Below, piece by piece: positions 51,085 through 59,775 of a DNA stretch of 64,000 bases. The position numbers and the translations under genes were made by a program. Each line of letters starts with the position of its first letter. The first letter of the stretch is position 1. The notes beneath the pieces are model-generated. The model was given only the letters and a program-made list of their open reading frames with translations, did not search any database and had not been told where the DNA came from. This DNA comes from a virus, in the IMG/VR virus record IMGVR_UViG_3300027714_000001, positions 1-64,000 of that record; one strand, given 5' to 3'.

Positions 51085-51318
51085 TTGCTAGAGTCCCACC
51101 ATAAGTATTTTAAGAGCAAAAAAAAATTGTCAGCTACCCCTAGTTGGTCTGAGAGTACTGCAATAGGAGAGTTTTACTTTAATTGTCCTATAGGTTATCA
51201 TGTAGATCATATAGTGCATTTACAAGGGCTGATAGTTTGTGGCTTGCATGTGTTAGATAACTTACAGTATCTAACAGAAGAAGAAAATTTAACAAAAAGT
51301 AACGCCTTTATCGTATAG
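51085..51318 (+). pseudogene. Decayed HNH endonuclease
   Basis: YHVDHIV.LQG..VCGLHVLDNLQYL..EEN..KSN; N-terminus missing. Confidence 0.7.
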
Positions 51319-51381
51319 TCCGGTCAATTACGCTGGTTTTGTAATCCAGTTACGTAGGTTCGAATCCTGCTAGAGGCACCA
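51304..51381 (+). tRNA. tRNA-Thr(TGT)
   Basis: Cloverleaf, CCA. Confidence 0.9.
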
Positions 51382-51701
51382 AATTACATTTGACGTAATG
51401 AAACACTAAGTTCTTGCTAAAATACTAGTGTTCCACCGTAACAAGTAGTCTCCTCAACAGGATGAAAGCGACAACGGAACTAAGCAAACAAATACATATA
51501 AGGTTCGATCCCTTTTCTCTGGTGAGTATATGTATGAACAATAGAATTACTGTTCATCTTACATGTAGAATGGTTCATAGCCAGCTATTTTGTACAATGA
51601 ATAACATACCGTAGAGCAAGTCGCACTTGCTAAATATCTAAAGATATGATTTAACAGGTTTCTTTAGACATTACCTCAAATTTAATTTAACAGGAAAGAC
51701 A

Positions 51702-52019
51702 ATGAAGAAAATAGCAATAACAGCCCTTACATTAGGAATGTTAGCTTGTAGTTCTTCGAAGTCTACATTAATTAACGAAGATCATACAAGACTAAACATG
51801 GAAATAAAAGTTCATGTTTTTAAAAACAAGAAGCTATTAAATAGCGCACTAAAAAAAGAGTTTCCTCGCGAAATAAGAACTGTAGAAGGTTTTGCAGTAT
51901 GGTATAACACAGTAGAAGATTACTGCGAAATATATGTTACTAAACCAGACTCTAAGTTTGACATTAACACTTGGGGACATGAGCTAGCACATTGTGTGTA
52001 TGGCAGTTGGCACGACTAA
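51702..52019 (+). CDS. Lipoprotein with HExxH motif
   Basis: LAC lipobox; WGHELAHCVYG. Confidence 0.7.
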   Translation: MKKIAITALTLGMLACSSSKSTLINEDHTRLNMEIKVHVFKNKKLLNSALKKEFPREIRTVEGFAVWYNTVEDYCEIYVTKPDSKFDINTWGHELAHCVYGSWHD

Positions 52020-52251
52020 ACAGAGAAAAAACAAATGGTATTTACAATTTTATTAGTATTAGCAGTCTTTGCTGGAGCATCGTTCCACAAAGAAATCACA
52101 GTAGCAAAACACGTAGTCATAGGGCTAGTAAAAGGTGTCGTACAAAAGTAATGATTGAAGGAGTTGCATTAATAGCAGTAGTATTCTTAGGACTTTATAT
52201 AGGTGATGTAGAAAATTATTTACGTGCCTTAGTAAAGAGGAAATAAACAGC

Positions 52252-52330
52252 GCGGCGGTATGCTAATCTCGGTAACGCAATGAGACTTAAAATCTTATGA
52301 TTGAGGGTTCGACCCCCTCTCGCCGTACCA
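52252..52330 (+). tRNA. tRNA-Leu(TAA), short variable arm
   Basis: Cloverleaf, A73, CCA. Confidence 0.85.
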
Positions 52331-52345
52331 AATTAAGGAGCAGTA

Positions 52346-52591
52346 ATGCTTAGACGTAAAGAAGTAATTGTAGTTCCAGAAGGTGAATTAAAAGAAAAGC
52401 TCTTAGCTCTTATAGCCGAGGATCAAAAAGCTCCGACAGTTTTGACAGCCAGAAAGTTGTGGCGATATTTAAGAAAAGAAATATGTTCTAAAGAATCAAT
52501 ACACTATCGCTACCATAACAGAACAGAGTTACTAGAGATATGTGAAGGTTCTTCTAAAGACTTCTGGATGAAGTATACTTGGAATGTGTGA
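52346..52591 (+). CDS. Hypothetical protein
   Basis: AAGGAG SD. Confidence 0.65.
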   Translation: MLRRKEVIVVPEGELKEKLLALIAEDQKAPTVLTARKLWRYLRKEICSKESIHYRYHNRTELLEICEGSSKDFWMKYTWNV

Positions 52592-52725
52592 GAAATGTCT
52601 TTATGTATCTTGGATAAGAGGATATAAACTAAAACAGATTAGAGAACATTTCCCTAATCAAACTAGTATGTTATCAGATAGAGATATTCAAGACTCATTT
52701 AAAGTAATGATAACTAAAAAACTAT

Positions 52726-52808
52726 GCGTGGGTGGCTAATACAAATTGGCACAGTTACTGGGTTTAGAACCCAGGCCTTTGAGGGTTCGAGTCCCTCTCC
52801 GCGTACCA
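52726..52808 (+). tRNA. tRNA-Leu(TAG), short variable arm
   Basis: Cloverleaf with large D-loop, CCA. Confidence 0.85.
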
Positions 52809-52813
52809 AATAT

Positions 52814-52888
52814 AGTCGATTAGCTCAAAGGCAGAGCAGTGGTGTTACATACCAAAGGTTGGGATCTCGGAACTCCCATCGACTACCA
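52814..52888 (+). tRNA. tRNA-Val(TAC)
   Basis: Cloverleaf, atypical T-arm, CCA. Confidence 0.8.
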
Positions 52889-52949
52889 AGTATTTATTCA
52901 CATCAAGTTGACAAATGTGAATAAATATTTTAACTAAAGGAGAGTACAC

Positions 52950-53597
52950 ATGAAATTAGAAACATTTAATATTTTAATGTTCTTAGTAGAAAAAGTAGAA
53001 TCGGTAGTGTCAGACATTTCTGTAGCTACAGGTGGCATGTCATTCCAAGAATGGAAAGACGCAGGAGAGCCTAGCTTTAATAGCTCTAAAACCGAGGAAG
53101 ATTAATGGCCACTGAAGCAAAAGTTACCACAGACTATTACTTATGGCCCGATGGAGACTCGTTCCCCTGTGAAGAAGGTGAGCTGTCTTGGAAGTCTGAC
53201 GATTATGTCATAGTAGAGATACCTTCTTCTTACGAAGGATGCCATGAAGACTACCTAGAAGGTATGCACATGGAAATCAACTTAGGTCAAATGTGCGAGC
53301 GCAAGACTATTGTATAAGAAATTAAAGAAAGCGAATAACAAACATTGGAAATATTTGTTTGGGCTGCTTAGCGGTAAACATGATGTAGTTATAAAAAGCA
53401 CATGGGAATCAAAAGCTACAGGCAAAGAAGAATACGACTTTGGAAAAGGTTGGAATAGATACTACAGCTTTAATATATTGCTGCCTGATTTAAATGACCT
53501 AATATTTGACGACACTATTTTAGGTGAAGAAATAACAGGGTTTGACGTAGACCCTGTACAAAAGTTTGATGAAGTAGATCGTTTATCAAACAAGTAA
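52950..53597 (+). CDS. Three small hypothetical genes (52950-53105, 53105-53317, 53310-53597)
   Basis: SD-led coupled ORFs. Confidence 0.55.
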
Positions 53598-53603
53598 AAG
53601 CAT

Positions 53604-53678
53604 AGGAAAGTAGCTGAGATGGATTAGCGCGGGTGTGAAGTACCCGAGACGGCAGATCGTTACTGCCCTTTCCTACCA
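53604..53678 (+). tRNA. tRNA-Phe(GAA)
   Basis: Cloverleaf, CCA. Confidence 0.85.
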
Positions 53679-53758
53679 AATTTATTAAAAAACATGTTGC
53701 ACAATAACCGATAATTCGGTATAATATGTTTCTGGAATTGAGAAATAGCGAGAAAAAT

Positions 53759-54259
53759 ATGGATTACTTTATTGGTGATACCCACTTTGGACACCAAAAT
53801 ATCTTAGAGTTTGGCAGGCCAGGGTATAAAGACATTGAAGATCACAACGAGACTTTAGTGTCAAACTGGAACTCAGTAGTAACTCATAAGAACGACAGAG
53901 TTTACTTAATGGGTGACGTAGCTTTCTCTAGTCAGTACCAGTATTTAGCTAGACTTAACGGTAAGCTAACTATTGTGTTAGGAAACCACGACTACCACAG
54001 CAAAATAAAGATTATTCAGGACATTAGACCTGACGTTAGATTGTGTGGAGCTGTAGCATACGACAAGAGTTTTATCTTAACACACATTCCTGTACATCCT
54101 AGTCAGCTAGAGCACAGGTACAGCCACAACATTCATGGTCACTTGCACAGTTTCAAGATTGACGACCCTCGTTACATTAACGTTAGTTGTGAACAGATCA
54201 ATTCTACTCCGATTTCAATTGAAGAAATTAGAAAAAACATATTGACAGACAGCCAATAA
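53759..54259 (+). CDS. Calcineurin-like metallophosphoesterase
   Basis: GDTHFGH, MGDV, LGNHD, THIP, IHGHLH. Confidence 0.9.
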   Translation: MDYFIGDTHFGHQNILEFGRPGYKDIEDHNETLVSNWNSVVTHKNDRVYLMGDVAFSSQYQYLARLNGKLTIVLGNHDYHSKIKIIQDIRPDVRLCGAVAYDKSFILTHIPVHPSQLEHRYSHNIHGHLHSFKIDDPRYINVSCEQINSTPISIEEIRKNILTDSQ

Positions 54260-54735
54260 TTCGGTATAATATGTTTCTGGAATCGAGAAAGGAAACAAAA
54301 TGTATAGATTATTGTATAAAGGCGTAATTCATGATGTTCATTGTGATTGGTTTATTTTGCACTCAAAAATGTGTAAAAATATTAAACACCACAGCTGGAA
54401 TGTTGATTTCTGTGAGATAGTATAATGAAAAAGTTTATGACTAAGTTATTTACTTTCCTGTACTACACCATTCAGTTTGTAATACTTTATGGTATATTAC
54501 GTCCCCTAGTAGGAGTATGAAAATGGATAAAACTGATATATTATTTATTATATTAATAGTATTTTTTATAGGATTAACTGCGGTTAGTGTAAACACTGTT
54601 ATAAACACTCCGCAAGAAAAGGTACAGTGTGAATGAAAAATAATGTAATACTTCCCATACTAAAAGTAGTGTCAGCAATACTAGTAATGGTTTTAATATG
54701 TGTAGTTGCCCTAAGTATAAATACTTAAAAACAAT

Positions 54736-54810
54736 GCGGGCTTGGTGTTAATGGTAGCACGTTGTCCTTCCAAGTCAAATGTGCAGGTTCGAATCCTGTA
54801 GCCCGTTCCA
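54736..54810 (+). tRNA. tRNA-Gly(TCC)
   Basis: Cloverleaf, U73, CCA. Confidence 0.92.
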
Positions 54811-54814
54811 AATT

Positions 54815-54891
54815 ATAGCAGAATAGCTTATGTCAGGACAAAGCGTATCCTTCGGGGTAAGAATTCGGTTCGAATCCGATGTATGCGATCA
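54815..54891 (+). ncRNA. tRNA mimic with a UUCG tetraloop instead of an anticodon loop
   Basis: D-arm GCTT/AAGC, TATCC-TTCG-GGGTA, T-arm TCGG TTCGAAT CCGA; weak acceptor stem, no CCA. Confidence 0.6.
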
Positions 54892-54897
54892 AACAAA

Positions 54898-54973
54898 TAC
54901 GTGATAGTTTAAATATGAAAAATACAGGCCATTGCGGCTAGAGATGCTAGTGCAAGTCTGGCTCACGTAACCA
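54898..54973 (+). ncRNA. tRNA-like RNA with aberrant anticodon loop
   Basis: Perfect acceptor TACGTGA/TCACGTA + ACCA; arm GCC ATTGC GGC lacks canonical U33/R37. Confidence 0.6.
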
Positions 54974-55148
54974 AATTATTATAGTAAACTGGTTAATCCA
55001 CTAATCAAAAATGTAAGCTGCATACCAAAAATTTGCAGGTCAGCGTTGGTTCGCTGAGTAGGATTGATTACCCTATTACTTAATTGTGTATATTTGAGTC
55101 CCAAGAGGTCTTATGCAACAAATAATTGACTAGTTTACTATAATAATT
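54974..55148 (+). ncRNA. ~175-nt RNA closed by a ~24-bp stem
   Basis: AATTATTATAGTAAACTGGTTAAT pairs with ATTGACTAGTTTACTATAATAATT (two G-U pairs). Confidence 0.6.
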
Positions 55149-55188
55149 TCATAAAGAGATAAAAATGATCAAAGTAATTGGTAACAAC

Positions 55189-55262
55189 TTTCCCTTAGTT
55201 TAATGGTAGAACTATACCCTTTCAAGGTATCAGCGCGAGATCGATACTCGCAGGGAAAACCA
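55189..55262 (+). tRNA. tRNA-Glu(TTC)
   Basis: Cloverleaf, CCA. Confidence 0.85.
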
Positions 55263-55350
55263 AATTCAAGAGTAGAAAAAGGAAATACATTATGTGGGTA
55301 GAAGTAGAAGTAACAACAACAAAAACACATTTAGTAGAAGTAGACAAGCT

Positions 55351-56058
55351 ATGAAAACCGCTCTGTTCCTATTCGACTACACAGGCATTATGGCAATGCC
55401 TTGGGCTGAGGCGGGATATAGCTGTCTTTGCATAGATTCGCAACATCCCAAAGGCAACACCCCATCTAAAGTGCATAAAAATATAATCTTTGTAGGTCTA
55501 GAGATTAATGTTGATATGCCCATATTTCAGATTAGAAAGCTAACAAGTCACATACCTGACTTTATATTTGGATTCCCTCCTTGTACAGACCTAGCAGTCT
55601 CAGGAGCAGCACACTTTAAAAAGAAAGCGGCAGTAAATCCAAACTTTCAGAAAGATGCAATAGCATTATGTAGAACAGTAGAAACCTTGGGCAATCACTT
55701 TGACAGGCCCTGGGCATTAGAAAACCCCGTATCAGTATTAGCTACGCAATGGCGTAAACCTAACTTCTACTTTCACCCTTACGAGTTTGGTGGATATTTA
55801 CCAGAAGACGATAAGCACCCTTTTTACCCTGAGTACCTACCTCCTAGAGATTGTTACAGTAAAAAGACAGGTATTTGGCACAATGATAAATTCATAGTTC
55901 CAACTAAGTTACCTGTAGAGCTTATGACAAAAACTGGAGAATACTCAGCAATGTACTCTAAACTAGGGGGTAAGTCTATTAGAACGAAGAACATTCGTTC
56001 AGCAACTCCTAGAGGTTTTGCAAATTCTGTATTTGAAGCTAATAAACTTGTTGACTAA
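55351..56058 (+). CDS. DNA cytosine-C5 methyltransferase-like protein
   Basis: FLFD.TG SAM motif, FPPCTDLAVSG, ENP, TPRGFA. Confidence 0.8.
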   Translation: MKTALFLFDYTGIMAMPWAEAGYSCLCIDSQHPKGNTPSKVHKNIIFVGLEINVDMPIFQIRKLTSHIPDFIFGFPPCTDLAVSGAAHFKKKAAVNPNFQKDAIALCRTVETLGNHFDRPWALENPVSVLATQWRKPNFYFHPYEFGGYLPEDDKHPFYPEYLPPRDCYSKKTGIWHNDKFIVPTKLPVELMTKTGEYSAMYSKLGGKSIRTKNIRSATPRGFANSVFEANKLVD

Positions 56059-56110
56059 CAGCGCATTGTTTGCTATAATATGTTTCTGGAATTGAGAAAA
56101 GGAACAAAAA

Positions 56111-56431
56111 ATGTTTGTAAAAGTAATAACCGAAGGTGATTGTGAGGGAAGAACTACTAAAACAGTAGCTATCTTTCAATGTGATAATGAAAGACAAGTA
56201 GCCTCTTACCTGCTAGCTAATAAAATCAAACCTTATTACCATTTTACGTTTACTCAAGTTCGTAACCCTTTAGAAGATATTAGAAATTACGAAGTACCTG
56301 CAAATCTAGTTTTAAGCACAGATAACTATGGCAGAGCTAATATCTCTACTGGAGAGACAGAACAAGAACTGTTTATGAAAACATTAAACGCAGAACAGTT
56401 AAGAAAGTATAAAAAACTTATTGCAAAGTAA
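56111..56431 (+). CDS. Hypothetical protein
   Basis: Own promoter and SD; TEGDCEGRTTK motif. Confidence 0.7.
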   Translation: MFVKVITEGDCEGRTTKTVAIFQCDNERQVASYLLANKIKPYYHFTFTQVRNPLEDIRNYEVPANLVLSTDNYGRANISTGETEQELFMKTLNAEQLRKYKKLIAK

Positions 56432-56485
56432 CCAAATCTTTGCTATAATATGTTTCTGGAATTGAGAAACAAACGATTATTTAAA

Positions 56486-56562
56486 CTGGGTGTGGTGACA
56501 ATTGGACGTCTACTTGCTTTGGAAGCAAGGTCATGTGGGTTCGAACCCCACCTCCCAGACCA
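56486..56562 (+). tRNA. tRNA-Pro(TGG)
   Basis: Cloverleaf, C1-G72, CCA. Confidence 0.9.
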
Positions 56563-56767
56563 AATTTAAAAACTTCTTGACTAATAACCAATAATTCGGT
56601 ATAATAGTTGTAGAAATTAAGAAAAACCTACCCACTATACAATACACCAATAAGGGTACGCCCTCGCCTTAATGCAAGGTATAAGACAGAGTAAGTTATA
56701 GGGCGGCAAAGAAGTTGCGACAGATACTTCAAAAATCATCTACCTAGTAGGTGTCTAATCTTTAACT

Positions 56768-56842
56768 GGTGGTATAGTATAACGGCAATTATGACGCGTT
56801 GTCTGCGCGAAGATCGGGGTTCGATTCCCCGTACCACCGCCA
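56768..56842 (+). tRNA. tRNA-Asp(GTC)
   Basis: Cloverleaf, G73, CCA. Confidence 0.9.
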
Positions 56843-56856
56843 CTTTAGGAAATACA

Positions 56857-57138
56857 ATGTTTGAAATGATTAAACAATCACCAGACTACTTTCAGATTAA
56901 TACAAAAACAGGGAAATCAGTCGGTGAGATATACAAAGAATGTGATGGTCTTTATGTGTTCTCATTCACAGATACACCTAGAGGTTGTTTTGCAGGACAT
57001 TTCTTTAACTTTGTAGGTACTAGACTTAAAGAGCTAAATGCAGAGTTTTTAGCAGAGACAGAAGAATACTTCGAGGAACAAATGAGAAAGCAACTTGCTA
57101 AGTCTTTTCATAACCCCTTTTGGCCTGTATATAAGTAA
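56857..57138 (+). CDS. Hypothetical protein
   Basis: ATG 56857 with AGGA SD after tRNA-Asp. Confidence 0.65.
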   Translation: MFEMIKQSPDYFQINTKTGKSVGEIYKECDGLYVFSFTDTPRGCFAGHFFNFVGTRLKELNAEFLAETEEYFEEQMRKQLAKSFHNPFWPVYK

Positions 57139-57145
57139 TTATTGG

Positions 57146-57222
57146 TGTGAGCGTGGCAGAATGGATGATGTCCTTGATTGTGATTCAAGATCATGCGGGT
57201 TCGAGTCCCGTCGCTCACCCCA
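57146..57222 (+). tRNA. tRNA-His(GTG) with U at -1
   Basis: Cloverleaf, C73, CCA. Confidence 0.9.
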
Positions 57223-57233
57223 ATAACTATTTC

Positions 57234-57311
57234 GCGTCGCTAACTCAAATGGTCTAGAGTATCCGGCTTTTAACCGGAAGGTTCCCAGTTCGAGTCTGGG
57301 GCGACGCACCA
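57234..57311 (+). tRNA. tRNA-Lys(TTT)
   Basis: Cloverleaf, CCA. Confidence 0.93.
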
Positions 57312-57432
57312 ATTTGGCAACTAAATAGCGTAAGGAAATCCATTGCGAGCGCTACAAAAGTTTTAGTTGCAAGTCTTTCGATAAACTTAGTCCAATATGG
57401 ATAAGGAAGTTGAAAGGCGGATCTATTTCAAT

Positions 57433-57509
57433 TGCGAGTTAGAGTTCTGTTGAACTTATCGGTCTCATAAGCCGAATGAAGGTTGGTTAGATTCCAGCAC
57501 TCGCTACCA
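57433..57509 (+). tRNA. tRNA-fMet(CAT), T5-type initiator
   Basis: 1:72 mismatch (T:T), CT CAT AA loop. Confidence 0.8.
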
Positions 57510-57515
57510 ATCAAC

Positions 57516-57590
57516 ACTCCTGTAGCTTAACGGCAAAGCGCAGGCTTCTAAACCCTAGAAATGGGAGTTCAACTCTCCCCAGGAGTACCA
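57516..57590 (+). tRNA. tRNA with CTA anticodon (amber-suppressor-like)
   Basis: Perfect acceptor/D/T arms; loop TT CTA AA at canonical spacing; anticodon stem only 3 bp. Confidence 0.65.
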
Positions 57591-57723
57591 AATCAATAAG
57601 TATTAGCCGACTGGCTATAAAAATGGAGACGGATATGCGTTCTAACTAGATACCCCCTTGACGACTTTATATTACTAGTAGTACAACCAAACAGAAAACA
57701 ACTATTATATAAAGGAATCAAAA

Positions 57724-58289
57724 ATGAACTTAGTAAAATTAAAAATTAAAGTAAAACACCTTGCCCTAGAGCCATCCATTATTCGCCATGAAGAACGCAA
57801 AGTTAGTGGGATGAACAAATGGGATTTACAGCATCACAGAAAATGGAATGTGCGTAACGAAGCTAGGGCAACACAGTTAGCGATAGCCTTCTTGAAGGGT
57901 AAGCCTTACAAAAGCGTTGAACCTAAACTTAGGGACAAAAATGCAGGACAGCACAACTTGGTATTTCATAGAGTTCTAAGAATGGCTCAAAAGTATGGTA
58001 AGCCAAAAACAACTGCGGTAACTATAACTAACTGGAGGAACGCATAATGGCTAATCACGAACAGAGCTTAAAAGACGCTAAAGAGCGTGTATGTGACTTG
58101 AGATTGTCAATTGAGAAAGCAATAACCGCTTTAGAAGAACTAGAGGGAGCTATATGCGATATTGATAGCTTAGATAACGTCTCTCTTAGATGGGGGGGAC
58201 TCGATGTTCAGCCTTATATAAATAACATGATAAATAGCATAGCACTTAGTAGTGCTAAGTTTACTTACGAATTTGAAGAAAATCTGTAA
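57724..58289 (+). CDS. Two hypothetical genes (57724-58047, 58047-58289)
   Basis: SD, coupled TAATG. Confidence 0.7.
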
Positions 58290-58359
58290 AAACTTATTGA
58301 CGAATAACCTAAATGTTGCTATAATAGCTTTTCAAATTGAGAAATAAAGGAAAACTTTT

Positions 58360-58524
58360 ATGGCAAATGTTTATCAAAAAAATAATTTTAAAGACCGCGC
58401 TGACTACTTAGCGTGTTTAGCCGATGATAATGGCGTAGATGTTGTTTTAGTATTAATAGCCGCAGATTTACTTGGGCAAGAAGAAGACTTTGATGGATTA
58501 GTTTCCATGATACAAGATTTATAG
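58360..58524 (+). CDS. Small acidic phage protein
   Basis: Manual translation MANVYQKNNFKDRADYL...LLGQEEDFDGLV; promoter and SD. Confidence 0.65.
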   Translation: MANVYQKNNFKDRADYLACLADDNGVDVVLVLIAADLLGQEEDFDGLVSMIQDL

Positions 58525-58597
58525 GAGTATGGTCTAATGGTTATGACCTCGGACTTTGACTCCGATAGTGCTGGTTCGACTCCAGCTATTCCTTCCA
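58523..58597 (+). tRNA. tRNA-Gln(TTG)
   Basis: Cloverleaf, CCA. Confidence 0.88.
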
Positions 58598-58603
58598 AAC
58601 ACT

Positions 58604-58678
58604 AGTTTCTTAGTATACTGGCTATTACGCTCGGCTGATAACCGAAAGAAACAGGATCGTAACCTGTAGAAACTACCA
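58604..58678 (+). tRNA. tRNA-Ile(GAT)
   Basis: Cloverleaf, CCA. Confidence 0.9.
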
Positions 58679-58733
58679 ATTACGGGGAATCCCTATGGGA
58701 TGGACGTTCGGGTTGCACCCTTAAAAGAGTAAC

Positions 58734-59064
58734 ATGGAAAAACAAATATGTAAAAAGCTTAACGTTGACCCAAATACTCTGGCTAGGAAGAGCATTACCT
58801 ATGAGCAGTTTACTAGACGGTATATGTATTTCTTGTGCATCTAAAAGTGCTAAGTACCGCGCAAGGCTATATAATAGAATACCTAGTTGGGCTAACATAG
58901 AACAAATAAATGAGTTTTATAGTAATGCTAATGGCTATGAAGTAGATCACATTATTCCATTACACGGAAAATTAGTAAGGGGACTTCATGTATTAAATAA
59001 CTTGCAGTATTTAACTAAAGAAGAAAATCAGGAAAAAAGCAATAAATTTATTGTAAACAAATAA
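58734..59064 (+). pseudogene. HNH endonuclease, apparently frameshifted
   Basis: EVDHIIPLHGKLVRGLHVLNNLQYL...N; SD-led ATG 58734 is in another frame. Confidence 0.7.
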
Positions 59065-59065
59065 T

Positions 59066-59141
59066 GGGGATGTAGTTGTAATCGGTAAAACGACGCGCTT
59101 GCACCGCGTAGTACGGGGATCGTAACCCCGCTTCTCCACCA
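59066..59141 (+). tRNA. tRNA-Ala(TGC)
   Basis: G3:U70, CCA. Confidence 0.92.
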
Positions 59142-59147
59142 AACAAC

Positions 59148-59223
59148 GCAGGCGTAGTCAAAAGGATTGGCACTGGATTACGAATCCAGATTAATGTAGG
59201 TTCGAGTCCTACCGTCTGTACCA
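59148..59223 (+). tRNA. tRNA-Arg(ACG)
   Basis: Cloverleaf, CCA. Confidence 0.92.
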
Positions 59224-59253
59224 AATTTTAAATAACTACAGGAAATTAAACAA

Positions 59254-59775
59254 TTGGAAACTTTACTAGCATTTGGATTAGGTCTTTTAACATCTTACTG
59301 GGTTTTAGGGGCATTTATACTGTTTGCCATTTGGGTAGAGTCTAATGACTGTCACGGATGGTCAGCAACCTTTACTATATTAGGTCTAGTATCCGCATAC
59401 TTCATATTTAGTCTATCACCTTTACTGCTATTAGCTTACATTCCTGTTGGAATATTGTGGTCCGTCTGGAGATGGAAAGTCTATTGTAAAGACTGCCTTA
59501 AAAGAGCAAAAGCAGGAAATTTATATACAGGCAGTTGGAACGAAGTAGGCTCAAAAGAAAACAAAGAAGCCTCTAGGAGAGCACTTGAGTCCGCAACAAA
59601 ACTGAGTGGCAACGTAGACAAAATTGTTGCTTGGATTATATGTTTCCCTGCTAGTATGATAGAAAGACTAGCGTCTGACTTAATAGACTTCATAAGAATT
59701 GTAGTTACAGACTGGTGTGCCAAATTGTACACAGGCATTTCTGCCAATACATTAAAAGACTTCGACAAGGATTAA
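59254..59775 (+). CDS. Multi-pass membrane protein
   Basis: Three or four hydrophobic helices. Confidence 0.7.
   Translation: METLLAFGLGLLTSYWVLGAFILFAIWVESNDCHGWSATFTILGLVSAYFIFSLSPLLLLAYIPVGILWSVWRWKVYCKDCLKRAKAGNLYTGSWNEVGSKENKEASRRALESATKLSGNVDKIVAWIICFPASMIERLASDLIDFIRIVVTDWCAKLYTGISANTLKDFDKD

Noticed and set aside
45930-53760. ORF starts MFLELR... at 45930 and 53726
   Set aside because: The ATG is part of the repeated promoter motif; SD-led starts lie downstream
41049-58898. ORFs overlapping tRNAs or ncRNA candidates (41049-, 43617-, 46680-, 47319-, 48345+, 48365-, 48628-, 49851-, 50355+, 52724+, 58404-, 58680-)
   Set aside because: Chance frames in RNA genes or promoters; no SD and atypical composition
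40965-59223. Theta/HDV-like ribozymes at tRNA 3' ends
   Set aside because: tRNAs end in encoded CCA followed by AT-rich spacers, with no nested-pseudoknot pattern seen
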